64,000 bases of DNA, taken from positions 10,256-74,255 of the forward strand of contig JAFGGA010000047.1 in the NCBI GenBank assembly GCA_016930835.1, written 5' to 3'. Of the stretch, positions 1-9,575 are shown in pieces. Below the pieces are notes generated by a model that was not told the DNA's origin, ran no database searches, and saw only the letters and a list, made by a program, of their open reading frames with translations. The number at the start of each line of letters is the position of its first letter. Position 1 is the stretch's first letter. Made by a program: the position numbers and the translations under genes. Origin of the DNA: Deltaproteobacteria bacterium. Lineage in GTDB: Bacteria; Desulfobacterota; DSM-4660; Desulfatiglandales; HGW-15.

Positions 1-1243
1 CGCGTATTGCCGCCGCTTCCGCCAACCGTCGGGTCTTGCCGATTTGGGCCGTTGGTTTGGGAACCGATAATAGACCCGTCATATCTTCAGGCAAGTGTTC
101 AAGGCTGATGGATCCTTCCGAACATAATATAAAAGCTCTTTCAATCAGATTTTCCAATTCACGGATATTTCCCGGCCAGCGATGCGCCATAAGCAAGGCC
201 ATAACCTCCGGTGACACGCCGGAAACAGCTTTCTTCTGAATATGATTAAAACGATTAATAAAATGATTTACCAATATGGGGATGTCCTCTTTTCTTTCTC
301 TCAAGGGTGGAAGATCGAGACGAACCACATGGATTCGATAAAAGAGGTCTTCACGAAATTTCCCTGTTTTCACCAGATCGGTCAAATCCTGATTGGTGGC
401 GGTTATGATCCTGACATCCGCTTTAATAGACTGTGTGCTTCCAAGGGGCTCAAAAGTCTTATCCTGCAAGACACGCAGCAACTTGACCTGTAAGGCAAAG
501 CTGATTTCGCCAATCTCGTCTAAAAAGAGCGTGCCATTTTCCGCTAAAGTGAATCTTCCCGGTTTGTCCTTATCCGCACCGGTAAACGCCCCTTTTTTAT
601 ACCCGAACAATTCGGACTCCAGTAATGTATCGGGTAAGGCCCCACAGTTAACCGCGATAAAGGGCTTGTCTTTTCGGGGACTGAGTCCATGAACGGCCCT
701 GGCCAAAAGCTCCTTCCCCGTCCCAGTTTCTCCTTGAATCAATATGGTGCTGGTACTCGCGGCCACGGATGGTAAGATTTCGAAGATTTTATGCATGGAA
801 GGGCTTCGGCTGACCATATCACCGGCTTGATAACGCCCTTCCAATTCACGTCGAAGTGCTTCTACTTCGCTAAGATCTCGAAAGGTTTCGGCGCCGCCGA
901 TGATTTCCCCTTGTCCGTCTCGTAAAACCGCCGTGGATACGCTGATGGGGATCCGGTGCCCATCCGCGTTGATAATATAACAGGGTCTGTTGATAATAGG
1001 TTTGTTGGTTTTTAACGTCTCGCGCAGTGCACAGCCGGTCTCACACATACTGGACCGGAACACCTCAGCACATGGTCTGCCGATTGCCTCTACCTTTGGA
1101 ATGCCTGTGATGGTTTCACCGGCACGGTTAAATGAAGTGATGTGCCATTGGTGATCCACTGTAAAAACCCCATCGGAAATGCTTTCCAAGATCGCTTCCG
1201 TGGCGCTGAGGTCCTTATTGATTTGTTTAGGAGGTTTTTTCAT
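1..1243 (-). CDS. PAS-domain sigma-54-dependent transcriptional activator (NtrC/bEBP family); runs off the left edge, 3' end missing
   Basis: Not in the ORF track (no stop in window). Manual translation from ATG 1243: MKKPPKQ..ILESISDGVFTVD (PAS), GETGTGKELLARA (Walker A), VNCGALPDTLLESELFGYKKGAFTGA, LFLDEIGE (Walker B), WPGNIRELEN. Confidence 0.9.
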   Translation of the reverse strand, partial: MKKPPKQINKDLSATEAILESISDGVFTVDHQWHITSFNRAGETITGIPKVEAIGRPCAEVFRSSMCETGCALRETLKTNKPIINRPCYIINADGHRIPISVSTAVLRDGQGEIIGGAETFRDLSEVEALRRELEGRYQAGDMVSRSPSMHKIFEILPSVAASTSTILIQGETGTGKELLARAVHGLSPRKDKPFIAVNCGALPDTLLESELFGYKKGAFTGADKDKPGRFTLAENGTLFLDEIGEISFALQVKLLRVLQDKTFEPLGSTQSIKADVRIITATNQDLTDLVKTGKFREDLFYRIHVVRLDLPPLRERKEDIPILVNHFINRFNHIQKKAVSGVSPEVMALLMAHRWPGNIRELENLIERAFILCSEGSISLEHLPEDMTGLLSVPKPTAQIGKTRRLAEAAAIR

Positions 1244-1458
1244 GACTCCTTGCCCTATACAATGATCAGTGAGGTATGTCTATATAAAACCTTACGGCTT
1301 TTCTGCCATTTGGAAGGGAGAAAGGGGCCACGGGTTAGGGGGATCAGGGATTGAAGCCTTTGTTTTGAAAAGCTTTATCACAAAATCAAAGTCCTTTGAT
1401 CCGGATCTTCGATCAATTCATTTGTCGATGATCCGAATATATAATTGATCCAGTGTTA

Positions 1459-1491
1459 TTGACACAGCCTGAAAATAATACTACAGTAGTA
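1459..1491 (+). promoter_or_regulatory. sigma-70 promoter of the toxin-antitoxin operon with overlapping palindromic operator
   Basis: TTGACA (1459-1464), 17-nt spacer, TACAGT (1482-1487); palindrome TACTAC-A-GTAGTA (1479-1491) covers the -10; ATACTACAG (1478-1486) is also inverted as CTGTAGTAT (1517-1525). Confidence 0.65.
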
Positions 1492-1566
1492 ATACTTTTT
1501 TCAATACCAATGTATTCTGTAGTATAGTAGGGATCATTTATTGTTTGTCAAGGGGTGAAGACCAAA

Positions 1567-1797
1567 ATGAAGATCAAAACATCCATCACAATATCAGAGG
1601 AGATCATTCAGCAAATCGATGCATTAGCCGGCCAATTCGGCAATCGGTCGAATCTTATCGAAAAGGCGATCAGAGAGTTCCTTGTAGCGGAATCAAGCCG
1701 CAGGCGCGACCTGAAAGATATGGATATTCTCAATAGAAGGGCGGAGAAGATGAATAAAGAGGGAGTAGACGTCTTATCTTATCAGGCGGATGTATGA
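1567..1797 (+). CDS. Ribbon-helix-helix (CopG/MazE-like) antitoxin
   Basis: [32 protein letters not shown] is an RHH pattern; overlaps the toxin start; ATG 1567 preferred over GTG 1555 because of the AGGGG RBS. Confidence 0.8.
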   Translation: MKIKTSITISEEIIQQIDALAGQFGNRSNLIEKAIREFLVAESSRRRDLKDMDILNRRAEKMNKEGVDVLSYQADV

Positions 1798-2126
1798 GAC
1801 GAGGAGAGCTCTACCAGGTCCAAAAATCTTCAGGTCAAGACCCCAAGAAGTTCAGGGTTTTTGTGATTGTAAGCCGTCAAGTTCTTATCGATTCCCGTTT
1901 TTCCATGATGATTTGCGCACCGATTTATTCCTCATTCGAGGGTCTTTCAACTCAAGTACCGGTCGGAATCGACGAAGGGCTTAAACAAGACAGTAGTATC
2001 CACTGCGATGAGCTGGTGAGCATCCCCAAGTCCTCTTTAACCCATTTTGTCGGCACATTAAGCCATTCAAAAATCCAGGCCCTTAACCAGGCCTTGGCTA
2101 TTGCCATCGGTCTGGATAATCCTTAA
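1794..2126 (+). CDS. mazF: MazF/PemK-family endoribonuclease toxin
   Basis: [51 protein letters not shown] is a PemK-like fold; 110 aa; coupled to antitoxin. Confidence 0.85.
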   Translation: MRRGELYQVQKSSGQDPKKFRVFVIVSRQVLIDSRFSMMICAPIYSSFEGLSTQVPVGIDEGLKQDSSIHCDELVSIPKSSLTHFVGTLSHSKIQALNQALAIAIGLDNP

Positions 2127-2195
2127 CCATAAAATATGATCGATTCCAAATCCATTTTTTTACATGGATAGCATCTTTTACCCAAGGAATATTTT

Positions 2196-3002
2196 ATGCT
2201 TCAACTCAACAACCCTATGGACATCCTCAAATTATTAGATAAGTCGAACTGCAGGGAATGTGGTTATCCCACCTGCCTGGCCTTTGCCGCGGCCGTTGCA
2301 AGGGGTCAAAAACGCCTGGATGAATGCCCTCGGCTTGATAAGGAATTAACCGAGCAATTCAAAGAGCAGGGCCAAGCGCAAACCTCAGATGAACGGGACA
2401 TGGAAAATATCGTCGCACAGATGAAGGGCAAAATGAAAACATTAGATCTCCAATCTGCTGCCAAACGATTAGAAGTGCCCTTTTCGAACAATATAATAAC
2501 CATCAGGGTCCTTGGCAAAAATGTTTATGTGGATGCGGAGGGCAAGTTCTCCTCCGAGATCCATCTCCACCATTGGATTATCGGCCCTATCCTCAACTAT
2601 ATTATTCATGGGGCCGGCCGGACTCCAACCGGTGAATGGATTTCTTTTCGGGAGCTTAAAGACGGTATGACGTGGTATAATTTTTTTCTAAAAAGGTGTG
2701 AAAAGCCCCTCAAAAAGGTGGCGGATACATACCCCGATCTCTTTCATGATATGTTGTATATTTTTAACGGCAAGCAAGTGGAAAACCATTATCAGTCCGA
2801 CATCTCACTGGTGTTGCTCCCCTTACCCAAGTTGCCCATCCTTGTCTGCTATTGGAAGCCCGAGGATGGGCTTGGGTCCAGCCTAAATCTCTTTTTCGAT
2901 GTCACGGCTTCCGAAAATCTTCCTACGGAATCCATCTATACCTTGTGTACAGGGCTTGTGATCATGTTTGAAAAGATCGCCTTAAGACATGGAGGTGGTT
3001 AG
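2196..3002 (+). CDS. FeS-cluster domain plus DUF3786-like protein
   Basis: N-terminal LDKSNCRECGYPTCLAFAAAV..CPRL (CdhD/RnfB-type FeS motif); C-terminal W.SFRELKDG, LPLPKLPILVCYW, LFFDVTA resembling DUF3786. Confidence 0.75.
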   Translation: MLQLNNPMDILKLLDKSNCRECGYPTCLAFAAAVARGQKRLDECPRLDKELTEQFKEQGQAQTSDERDMENIVAQMKGKMKTLDLQSAAKRLEVPFSNNIITIRVLGKNVYVDAEGKFSSEIHLHHWIIGPILNYIIHGAGRTPTGEWISFRELKDGMTWYNFFLKRCEKPLKKVADTYPDLFHDMLYIFNGKQVENHYQSDISLVLLPLPKLPILVCYWKPEDGLGSSLNLFFDVTASENLPTESIYTLCTGLVIMFEKIALRHGGG

Positions 3003-3222
3003 GTGCCATCTTCACTGGATCGCCCCTAACGTAATACTTTCACCTGCTCATCAAGAGTAGGTTTGACGGTATATGATTTTTAAGGGGAAATCCTGTTTGT
3101 CCAAAAACGTTTTTTCGGGTACCGAGAAGGATTCAGATGTTCATGGAACCTTTCCAAATAAGTATGATGCATTATTCTAGCTGGTTACAATGATCTTAAA
3201 GTCCAAAATTCACGAGGCACTG

Positions 3223-4395
3223 CTATATCCATCTTCCGGGTATAACCGTACCACAAAATTCACACCGTCCATTTTTTATATGATTCTGTTTTAAAATATA
3301 CCCGACTCTCTCTAACAACATCTTGTTACAGTTATGGCAAAAAGTATGACATCCCGTATGTCCCGGGACGTTTCCCAAATACACATAATGTATACCTTCC
3401 TTTATAGCCAGATCCCTGAAATGTTCAAGGATGGCAACGGGTGTGGCCGGTAGACGAGTCAATTGATATAATGGGGCGAAACGAAGAAAATGTAGCGGGT
3501 AGTCGGGTCCTAATTCATTGAGGATCCATCCGCACATTTTTTTGATCATTTCCGGATCATCCGTATATGTAGGGATGACCAGGGTGGCTATTTCAAGCCA
3601 GACCCCTTGCTGATGGAGCGTCTTCAATGTGTTTAAAACGGGTTGCAGTTGCCCGCCGTTTAAGGCCTGGTATATCCGGTCATCAAAGGATTTGAGGTCG
3701 ATGTTGGCCCCGTCCAGATAATGGGTGAGAGCGATCAAGGGATTTTTGTTTATATAACCATTCGAGACCACCACATTTTTTATGCCTTGTTCTCTGGCGA
3801 TCTTGGCTGTATCAAACATGTATTCGTAATATGTGGTGGCCTCCGAATAGGTATAGGCAATGGAAGGGATTTCTCTTTTCCTCACTTCTCGAACCACATC
3901 CTTCGGGAATAATTCTACATGGTGTAGCTCTTCAGGTTTTTTTTGAGATATCTCCCAGTTCTGGCAATTCAGACATCTGAAATTGCATCCGGCGGCGGCA
4001 ATGGAAAAAATAGTGCTTGTGGGATAAAAATGAAATAAGGGTTTTTTCTCAATCGGATCAACATGCACGGAGCATGGATTCCCGTATGCCAGAGAAAATA
4101 GTTTTCCATCGATATTCACTTTTGACCGGCAAACGCTTCGATCCCCCGGTTCCAGATAGCACCTATTGGGACAGACTAGGCACTGGACGTCTTTACCGTT
4201 TGAGGCGTAATGAAATCCTTCGATGGACCATTTCCAGGGTCTGGATGGGGCATCATTCTTGAATATTTTACCCCTTATGCTTTTGTAAGATCTTTCATTT
4301 GAAGAATCCCCGAGCGTTTGGGCAGCGTAAAGAAAACCACATGTACCCATGCCCAAGGTCTTAAGGAATTCTTTTCTTGTTATGGATAAAGTCAT
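3223..4395 (-). CDS. AmmeMemoRadiSam-system radical SAM enzyme (PFL-activase-like)
   Basis: CLVCPNRC, DPIEKKPLFHFYP, GCNFRCLNCQNWEISQ (CxxxCxxC), IAYTYSE, LHFLRF, YVYLGNVPG, C-terminal CxxC..CxxC. Confidence 0.88.
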   Translation of the reverse strand: MTLSITRKEFLKTLGMGTCGFLYAAQTLGDSSNERSYKSIRGKIFKNDAPSRPWKWSIEGFHYASNGKDVQCLVCPNRCYLEPGDRSVCRSKVNIDGKLFSLAYGNPCSVHVDPIEKKPLFHFYPTSTIFSIAAAGCNFRCLNCQNWEISQKKPEELHHVELFPKDVVREVRKREIPSIAYTYSEATTYYEYMFDTAKIAREQGIKNVVVSNGYINKNPLIALTHYLDGANIDLKSFDDRIYQALNGGQLQPVLNTLKTLHQQGVWLEIATLVIPTYTDDPEMIKKMCGWILNELGPDYPLHFLRFAPLYQLTRLPATPVAILEHFRDLAIKEGIHYVYLGNVPGHTGCHTFCHNCNKMLLERVGYILKQNHIKNGRCEFCGTVIPGRWI

Positions 4396-4857
4396 TTCAA
4401 TTCCTGATTAATTCTTGTGTTTTTAGATTGGTCTCTGTTCCATGACCGCCATCCATCCAAATCATTGGCGGTGATCTTAAAAAGAGATCCCCATACCCCC
4501 GATCATGACATACGATCACGATCCGCTCCATTCAGGATGAAGTTTCATATGAGAAACCAAAATATATTCTTTTTTGAGATACTTGATCAAAAATTAGGCC
4601 GAATTTCATTTATTTCATTCATCGATGAAACAGCCACGTAATGTGTGGTTACCCCCATCGTTTTGGCTTGAAATCAGTGGCTAACAGGTCAATTTTTGAA
4701 TGGTCTGGAAATTTCTTTCCTATATTTTAGCAATGCTTAAGATCCCTGAAAAGATATAAATAGCGTGAGACCGATTTTTCCACAATCCGTCCATTTCAAT
4801 AGGCATTTACAAATCAAGGAATTATATGATAAAGAAAAAAATACAAGAGGTAAAAAC

Positions 4858-5775
4858 ATGATTGTTCAAATATATGAAATACAAACACCCCGTGAGGCTG
4901 AGCAATGTATTGACGCGGGTGTGGATCACATCGGAAGCGTGATTCTGTCCGAATCTGATTGGCATCAACCCGAAATCCATGATGTGATAAGTGTTTCCGA
5001 TGGTACACCCGTGAAGAACAGCATAATACCTTTGTTTCAAGATATTGACACGATATCAAGAGTCATAGATTATTATAACCCTGACTTTATTCATTTTTGC
5101 GAAACATTGACGGACGATCACGGCAAGAAAATCGATTTTGGGCAATTGATAGATTTACAAAGTGAGGTTAAAGAAAAATTTCCTGGTGTTGGGATTATTC
5201 GCTCCATACCTATACCGTCGGAAAAAACCGCATTGGATTTCCCGTCGCTTCTTATCGCTAATAAATTTGAACCCATATCGGATTATTTCTTGACTGATAC
5301 CTGGTTGGGAAACGATCCTGTAAAGGGTTTTATTGGTATCACGGGAAAATTATGTGACCGAAATACAGCCAAACAATTAGTCAACCAAAGCCGGATTCCG
5401 GTTATCCTGGCGGGGGGGCTTTCACCCGAAAATGTTTACAAAGCCGTGATGGATGTTTATCCTTCAGGAGCGGATTCTTGTACCCTGACTAATGCGGTGG
5501 ATGAAAGGGGATGTCCGGTTCGGTTTAAAAAGGATTTTAGGCGGGTAAGACGATTTGTTGAAGAAGTTAGGCGGGTTCAACAAGACCTCATGCAAAAGAA
5601 AACAATTCTAATTAGAGAGATCGAAGAACTCAAAGAAAGTCTTCGCGATCGGGAAGCCGCCCTGCCGGCTCATTCCATCCGACCTCACCAGATCCTGGTT
5701 ATTGAGGAGCTTGAGGAAAAAATAACTCAAAAAGAAGAGATGCTTCAACGGATCTCTACCATGATAGCCTGTTAG
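4858..5775 (+). CDS. Phosphoribosylanthranilate isomerase (TrpF)-like TIM barrel with C-terminal coiled-coil extension
   Basis: FLTDT, GITG, ILAGGLSPENV, GADS..KKDF motifs; ATG 4858 follows an AGAGG RBS; about 65 extra C-terminal residues. Confidence 0.65.
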   Translation: MIVQIYEIQTPREAEQCIDAGVDHIGSVILSESDWHQPEIHDVISVSDGTPVKNSIIPLFQDIDTISRVIDYYNPDFIHFCETLTDDHGKKIDFGQLIDLQSEVKEKFPGVGIIRSIPIPSEKTALDFPSLLIANKFEPISDYFLTDTWLGNDPVKGFIGITGKLCDRNTAKQLVNQSRIPVILAGGLSPENVYKAVMDVYPSGADSCTLTNAVDERGCPVRFKKDFRRVRRFVEEVRRVQQDLMQKKTILIREIEELKESLRDREAALPAHSIRPHQILVIEELEEKITQKEEMLQRISTMIAC

Positions 5776-6014
5776 TTTTTGCCCTCCCGTCCTTTTCTTC
5801 TGAGAACGAACTCTCGAAATCTTAGGTTCTCGTATTCATCAGTAAAAATGTCATCCAATTCCTTGACAAGGAATTTTAGGAATGAAACCATATCTGGTAC
5901 GTCATTTATTTCATCCAATTCAAATGCCTTTTCAATCTCATCCAGAGTCTTTTCAAGTTCCATGACGATATCAAATCTTCTTGGCAGTTCAATGCTCTTG
6001 CTATAATCCTCCAT
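5772..6014 (-). CDS. Hypothetical acidic helical protein (80 aa)
   Basis: ATG with GGGAG RBS, no recognisable motif. Confidence 0.5.
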   Translation of the reverse strand: MEDYSKSIELPRRFDIVMELEKTLDEIEKAFELDEINDVPDMVSFLKFLVKELDDIFTDEYENLRFREFVLRRKGREGKN

Positions 6015-6097
6015 GTGGTTACTCCCCTAGCATGTGACTTTTTTCTGTTTAATGTGTGATTGTTCCTACAAAAATATTATTCACACGAACATACGGT

Positions 6098-6466
6098 TTA
6101 TTTATACTCATATTCAAAAAAGCTTCTACATTCCGGACATTGGGCAATCCCGGATTTCTGTACAGCGAGCCGGACCAGTTTGTAATCGGCATCCCAACAT
6201 CGCGTACAAAAAGGACCTTCACGATCTCCATGTATTGTATTAAAATAAACACCCTTTTCATAGGAAAGATTCCGGCTGATCTCTTTCTGCATTTTTAGCG
6301 CCTCATTTTCTTTTTCTAATAATGCGGTACGTTCACGAAGTCGATCAAATTCCGATTGAAATTCCAACAGACTTGTTTCAACGTTGATGACCAATTCCAT
6401 TATCTTGCGATCTTTGAGTTTTTTAGTCGCTTCAACCAATGCCTTAATATTTTCTATTAGCTCCAT
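6098..6466 (-). CDS. Hypothetical coiled-coil plus zinc-ribbon protein (122 aa)
   Basis: N-terminal heptads, then GPFCTRCW..CPEC; AGGGG RBS. Confidence 0.65.
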   Translation of the reverse strand: MELIENIKALVEATKKLKDRKIMELVINVETSLLEFQSEFDRLRERTALLEKENEALKMQKEISRNLSYEKGVYFNTIHGDREGPFCTRCWDADYKLVRLAVQKSGIAQCPECRSFFEYEYK

Positions 6467-6624
6467 AATTATTCCCCTTTGGATTTTTTTCGGTTATCAC
6501 CAAAAAGGTCTTTTCAGGCCTTGATTATGGGGATCTTAAAAAAACGCTTTTTTTTCCACTAGTTATGATTTTAAAAAAAAACTGATTTGAAGTCAATAAA
6601 AAGCTTGGCCTTTAATGGTTTAAA

Positions 6625-6653
6625 TTGAAGATCAAGAGATTTTTAGATATAAT
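6625..6653 (+). promoter_or_regulatory. sigma-70 promoter upstream of CheY-like gene
   Basis: TTGAAG-N17-TATAAT. Confidence 0.5.
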
Positions 6654-6670
6654 AATTATCAGGGGTAAAA

Positions 6671-7246
6671 ATGGAATCCAAGATGAACGAAAACGAAAAA
6701 GTATCCGATCAGGATAAACAGGAAAAACGGGAGCCCAATAAAAATCCTAAAAGTCTTACGGACATGAATCCCGCGGATCAAGCCGTGATCCATGAGATGA
6801 CAGCACTTTTAAAAAAGCGATGGCCCCAGCCTAAAGTAATTGTCAAAAAGCATATAAGAGATCTTAAGGTCCTCGTCGTTGATGATCAGTCGAGCATGCG
6901 AACGATTGTAAAAAATATGTTAAAAGAGATGGGTTTTCAGTCTTCAAATATCGATGATGCCTCTGATGGGATGAGAGCCGTCGAGAAGCTTAAGACCAAT
7001 CGATATGATCTGATTGTGTGTGATTGGATTATGCCGAATCTGGATGGTCTTCAGTTATTAAAAATCGTAAAAGGCGTTATGGGGTTTAAGAACACCATAT
7101 TCATCATGGTCACGGCGGAGGGTCAAAAATCAAGGGTTATCGAGGCGATCCAAAATAGAGTCGATAATTATGTGGTCAAGCCTTTTTCGGTGGAACAAAT
7201 AACCAAAAAATTAAAAATGGTTATTAGTAAGATTGCATTCGTATAG
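6671..7246 (+). CDS. CheY-like single-domain response regulator with about 60-aa N-terminal extension
   Basis: VLVVDD, IVCDWIMP (phospho-Asp), MVTAE, YVVKPF. Confidence 0.85.
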   Translation: MESKMNENEKVSDQDKQEKREPNKNPKSLTDMNPADQAVIHEMTALLKKRWPQPKVIVKKHIRDLKVLVVDDQSSMRTIVKNMLKEMGFQSSNIDDASDGMRAVEKLKTNRYDLIVCDWIMPNLDGLQLLKIVKGVMGFKNTIFIMVTAEGQKSRVIEAIQNRVDNYVVKPFSVEQITKKLKMVISKIAFV

Positions 7247-7354
7247 GAAGAATGGTTCTGAGAATCCTCGCATGTTTAGTCTTGGCGTATTTGTCCATGA
7301 TGGCACGAAGTCCCGTTCCGTAAATTTATTCAGCGGATTTTTGATGAATCATTC

Positions 7355-8410
7355 TTAATCATTAAATTGTACCCTCTCCTCATCCTTGTTTCGTGATTCA
7401 ACGGAGCCAATGATATATGCATCTTCACCCATGGCCTTTAGTCTAGAAACCATGTCATTACGATCTTCTTCGTTGATAATCAGGACCAGGCCTAAACCGT
7501 TGTTGAAAGTCCGCACCATCTCTTTAGTGTTAATATTTCCTTTTTCCTGGAGATAGATGAATATGGGAGGGATGGGCCAGCTTGACTTTTGGATCACGAC
7601 CTTGCATCGATCCGGTAAAATTCGCTGAATATTATCAATAAGGCCACCACCCGTAATATGCGAGATACCATGAATGGTGAAATCGCGTTTAAGACCGGTA
7701 ATGGCCTTTGTATATATCCGGGTGGGCTCTAATAATTCCTCCCCAAGTGTCCGCCCGAATTCCTCAACGTATTCCGTTACGGACATTTTTAGTTTTCCAA
7801 AAAAGATTTTTCTCACCAATGAATAGCCGTTGCTGTGCAGACCACTTGACGCAACGCCGATCAGTGTTTGCCCGACCGCAATACCTGAATTATCCAATAG
7901 CTGTTCATTGTCCGCGATTCCGACCACGAATCCGGCAAGATCATATTCATCTTCCGAGTAGAAATCAGGCATTTCAGCCGTCTCGCCTCCGATAAGGGAG
8001 CAATTCGCTTCTTTACATCCCGCGACGATCCCCTTGACAATATCGACGGCTGTTTCCTCTTTTAATTTTCCCGTAGCAATGTAATCCAACATGAATAAGG
8101 GTATGGCACCTTGAACCAAGATATCATTCACGCACATGGCGACCAAATCGATCCCCACCGTGTCATGTTTGTCCATCATAAAGGCAATTTTTAGTTTAGT
8201 CCCTACACCATCCGTGGAGGCCACCAGAACCGGGTTTTTGGTCATATAGGCCTGCAAGGAAAATAGCCCAGCGAATCCGCCTATATCCGTAATTACGCCG
8301 GATTTGAATGTTTGATTGACAAGAGGTTTAATCCGATCCACAAAACGATTCCCCGCATCAATATTCACACCTGCCTCTGCATAGGTAGTTGGCTTTTTCT
8401 TTTGTACCAT
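7355..8410 (-). CDS. purM: Phosphoribosylformylglycinamidine cyclo-ligase (AIR synthetase)
   Basis: TYAEAGVNID, IGGFAGLF, STDGVGTKLK, GGETAEMP, SSGLHSNGYSLVRK, HITGGG. Confidence 0.97.
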   Translation of the reverse strand: MVQKKKPTTYAEAGVNIDAGNRFVDRIKPLVNQTFKSGVITDIGGFAGLFSLQAYMTKNPVLVASTDGVGTKLKIAFMMDKHDTVGIDLVAMCVNDILVQGAIPLFMLDYIATGKLKEETAVDIVKGIVAGCKEANCSLIGGETAEMPDFYSEDEYDLAGFVVGIADNEQLLDNSGIAVGQTLIGVASSGLHSNGYSLVRKIFFGKLKMSVTEYVEEFGRTLGEELLEPTRIYTKAITGLKRDFTIHGISHITGGGLIDNIQRILPDRCKVVIQKSSWPIPPIFIYLQEKGNINTKEMVRTFNNGLGLVLIINEEDRNDMVSRLKAMGEDAYIIGSVESRNKDEERVQFND

Positions 8411-8538
8411 AGGGTGATTCCAAATTTAGGTTAATCTTAAATCCTGAATAGATCCCGTTAAAAGCGTTTCTGTATTTCATATAGCTTTCCTAACCCTTGC
8501 CTGTCAATGGTTTTCTCAACTTCCCAATCCTCGGTCGA

Positions 8539-9513
8539 TTAAGAAGGCTGGATGATGACCCTAATCAATACATCTCCTTTTTTGCCGTTGTCCATTCGTC
8601 GCCCCAATCCAGGCAAACGAAGTAAGGTCCCGTCTTTGACGTTGGGGGGAATGGTTACCCTAAAGAGTCGTCTCTTTAAGCCCAATGGGATATTGATCAA
8701 TTTGTATGTGCCGAACATAGCCTCCCGAGGCGTAATACGTAGACTGCCGTATATGTGATCGTCTTCTTTTGCGCCTTCAGAACGTAACAGATGAAAACGG
8801 GAGGATTTTTGTTTGGTTGTTTTTTTTCGTAAATACCTTGTCATACCCAATTCAGGTATTTGAATGAGAATTTTTAAAAAAATGATACCAAAGATAAATC
8901 CTCCAATATGGGCCCACCACGCAACACCGGTGGCCTGACCCTGGGCCCCGATAACGTTTAAAAATTGCAACAAAAACCAAATGCCTAAAAAAATGAAGGC
9001 AGGTATTTCGATGAAATAGGGAATAATGAATATGGGTATGAGCGTCAGAACTTTTGATTGAGGGTATAAGATCAGATAGGCCCCCATCACACCAGCGATG
9101 GCCCCGCTTGCGCCGATGGTGGGATATTGGGAGTACCAATTGAACAGCATATGCGAAAGGCCGGAGATAAGACCGCAAAGAATATAGAATAGGAGATATC
9201 GAAAATGCCCCAACCGATCCTCCACATTATCACCAAATATATAAAGCGACCACATGTTGCCCAGAAGATGGAAAAATCCTCCATGGAGGAACATGAATGA
9301 AATAAAAGCGAAGATTTGTTGGCTGAAGGTAAAACCGGCGGCGATTTGAGGAATGGAGTAACGGGCCGGCACAAGGCCATAGGTCACCAGAAAGGCATTA
9401 AGGCCTTGCCCTTGCGCGATTTCCACCAGATAGACAAAGACGTTAAGTATGATGATGGCGACATTAACAATGGGATAATTTTTTGATTGAATGGTATCTC
9501 GAATGGGAAACAT
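8539..9513 (-). CDS. Rhomboid intramembrane serine protease fused to a DnaJ C-terminal domain
   Basis: MFLHGG..HLLGNM, GDNVEDRLG, GASGA (catalytic Ser), AHIGG (His); C-terminal ITPREAMFG..VTIPPNVKDGTLLRLPGLG..GDVLI. Confidence 0.85.
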   Translation of the reverse strand: MFPIRDTIQSKNYPIVNVAIIILNVFVYLVEIAQGQGLNAFLVTYGLVPARYSIPQIAAGFTFSQQIFAFISFMFLHGGFFHLLGNMWSLYIFGDNVEDRLGHFRYLLFYILCGLISGLSHMLFNWYSQYPTIGASGAIAGVMGAYLILYPQSKVLTLIPIFIIPYFIEIPAFIFLGIWFLLQFLNVIGAQGQATGVAWWAHIGGFIFGIIFLKILIQIPELGMTRYLRKKTTKQKSSRFHLLRSEGAKEDDHIYGSLRITPREAMFGTYKLINIPLGLKRRLFRVTIPPNVKDGTLLRLPGLGRRMDNGKKGDVLIRVIIQPS

Positions 9514-9575
9514 AGGTTAAGTAGGTGTTTTTGCTTTCCCTGTTACCACAGGTTTCTCCATTCTCCAAGCCTTAT

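Noticed and set aside
36-1354. Plus-strand ORFs 36-239, 242-493, 393-692, 1142-1354
   Set aside because: Antisense shadows of the real minus-strand sigma-54 activator (1-1243) that the track missed.
4396-4857. ORF 4417-4641 and short minus-strand frames
   Set aside because: No RBS, motif or coherent coding pattern; treated as a divergent promoter region.
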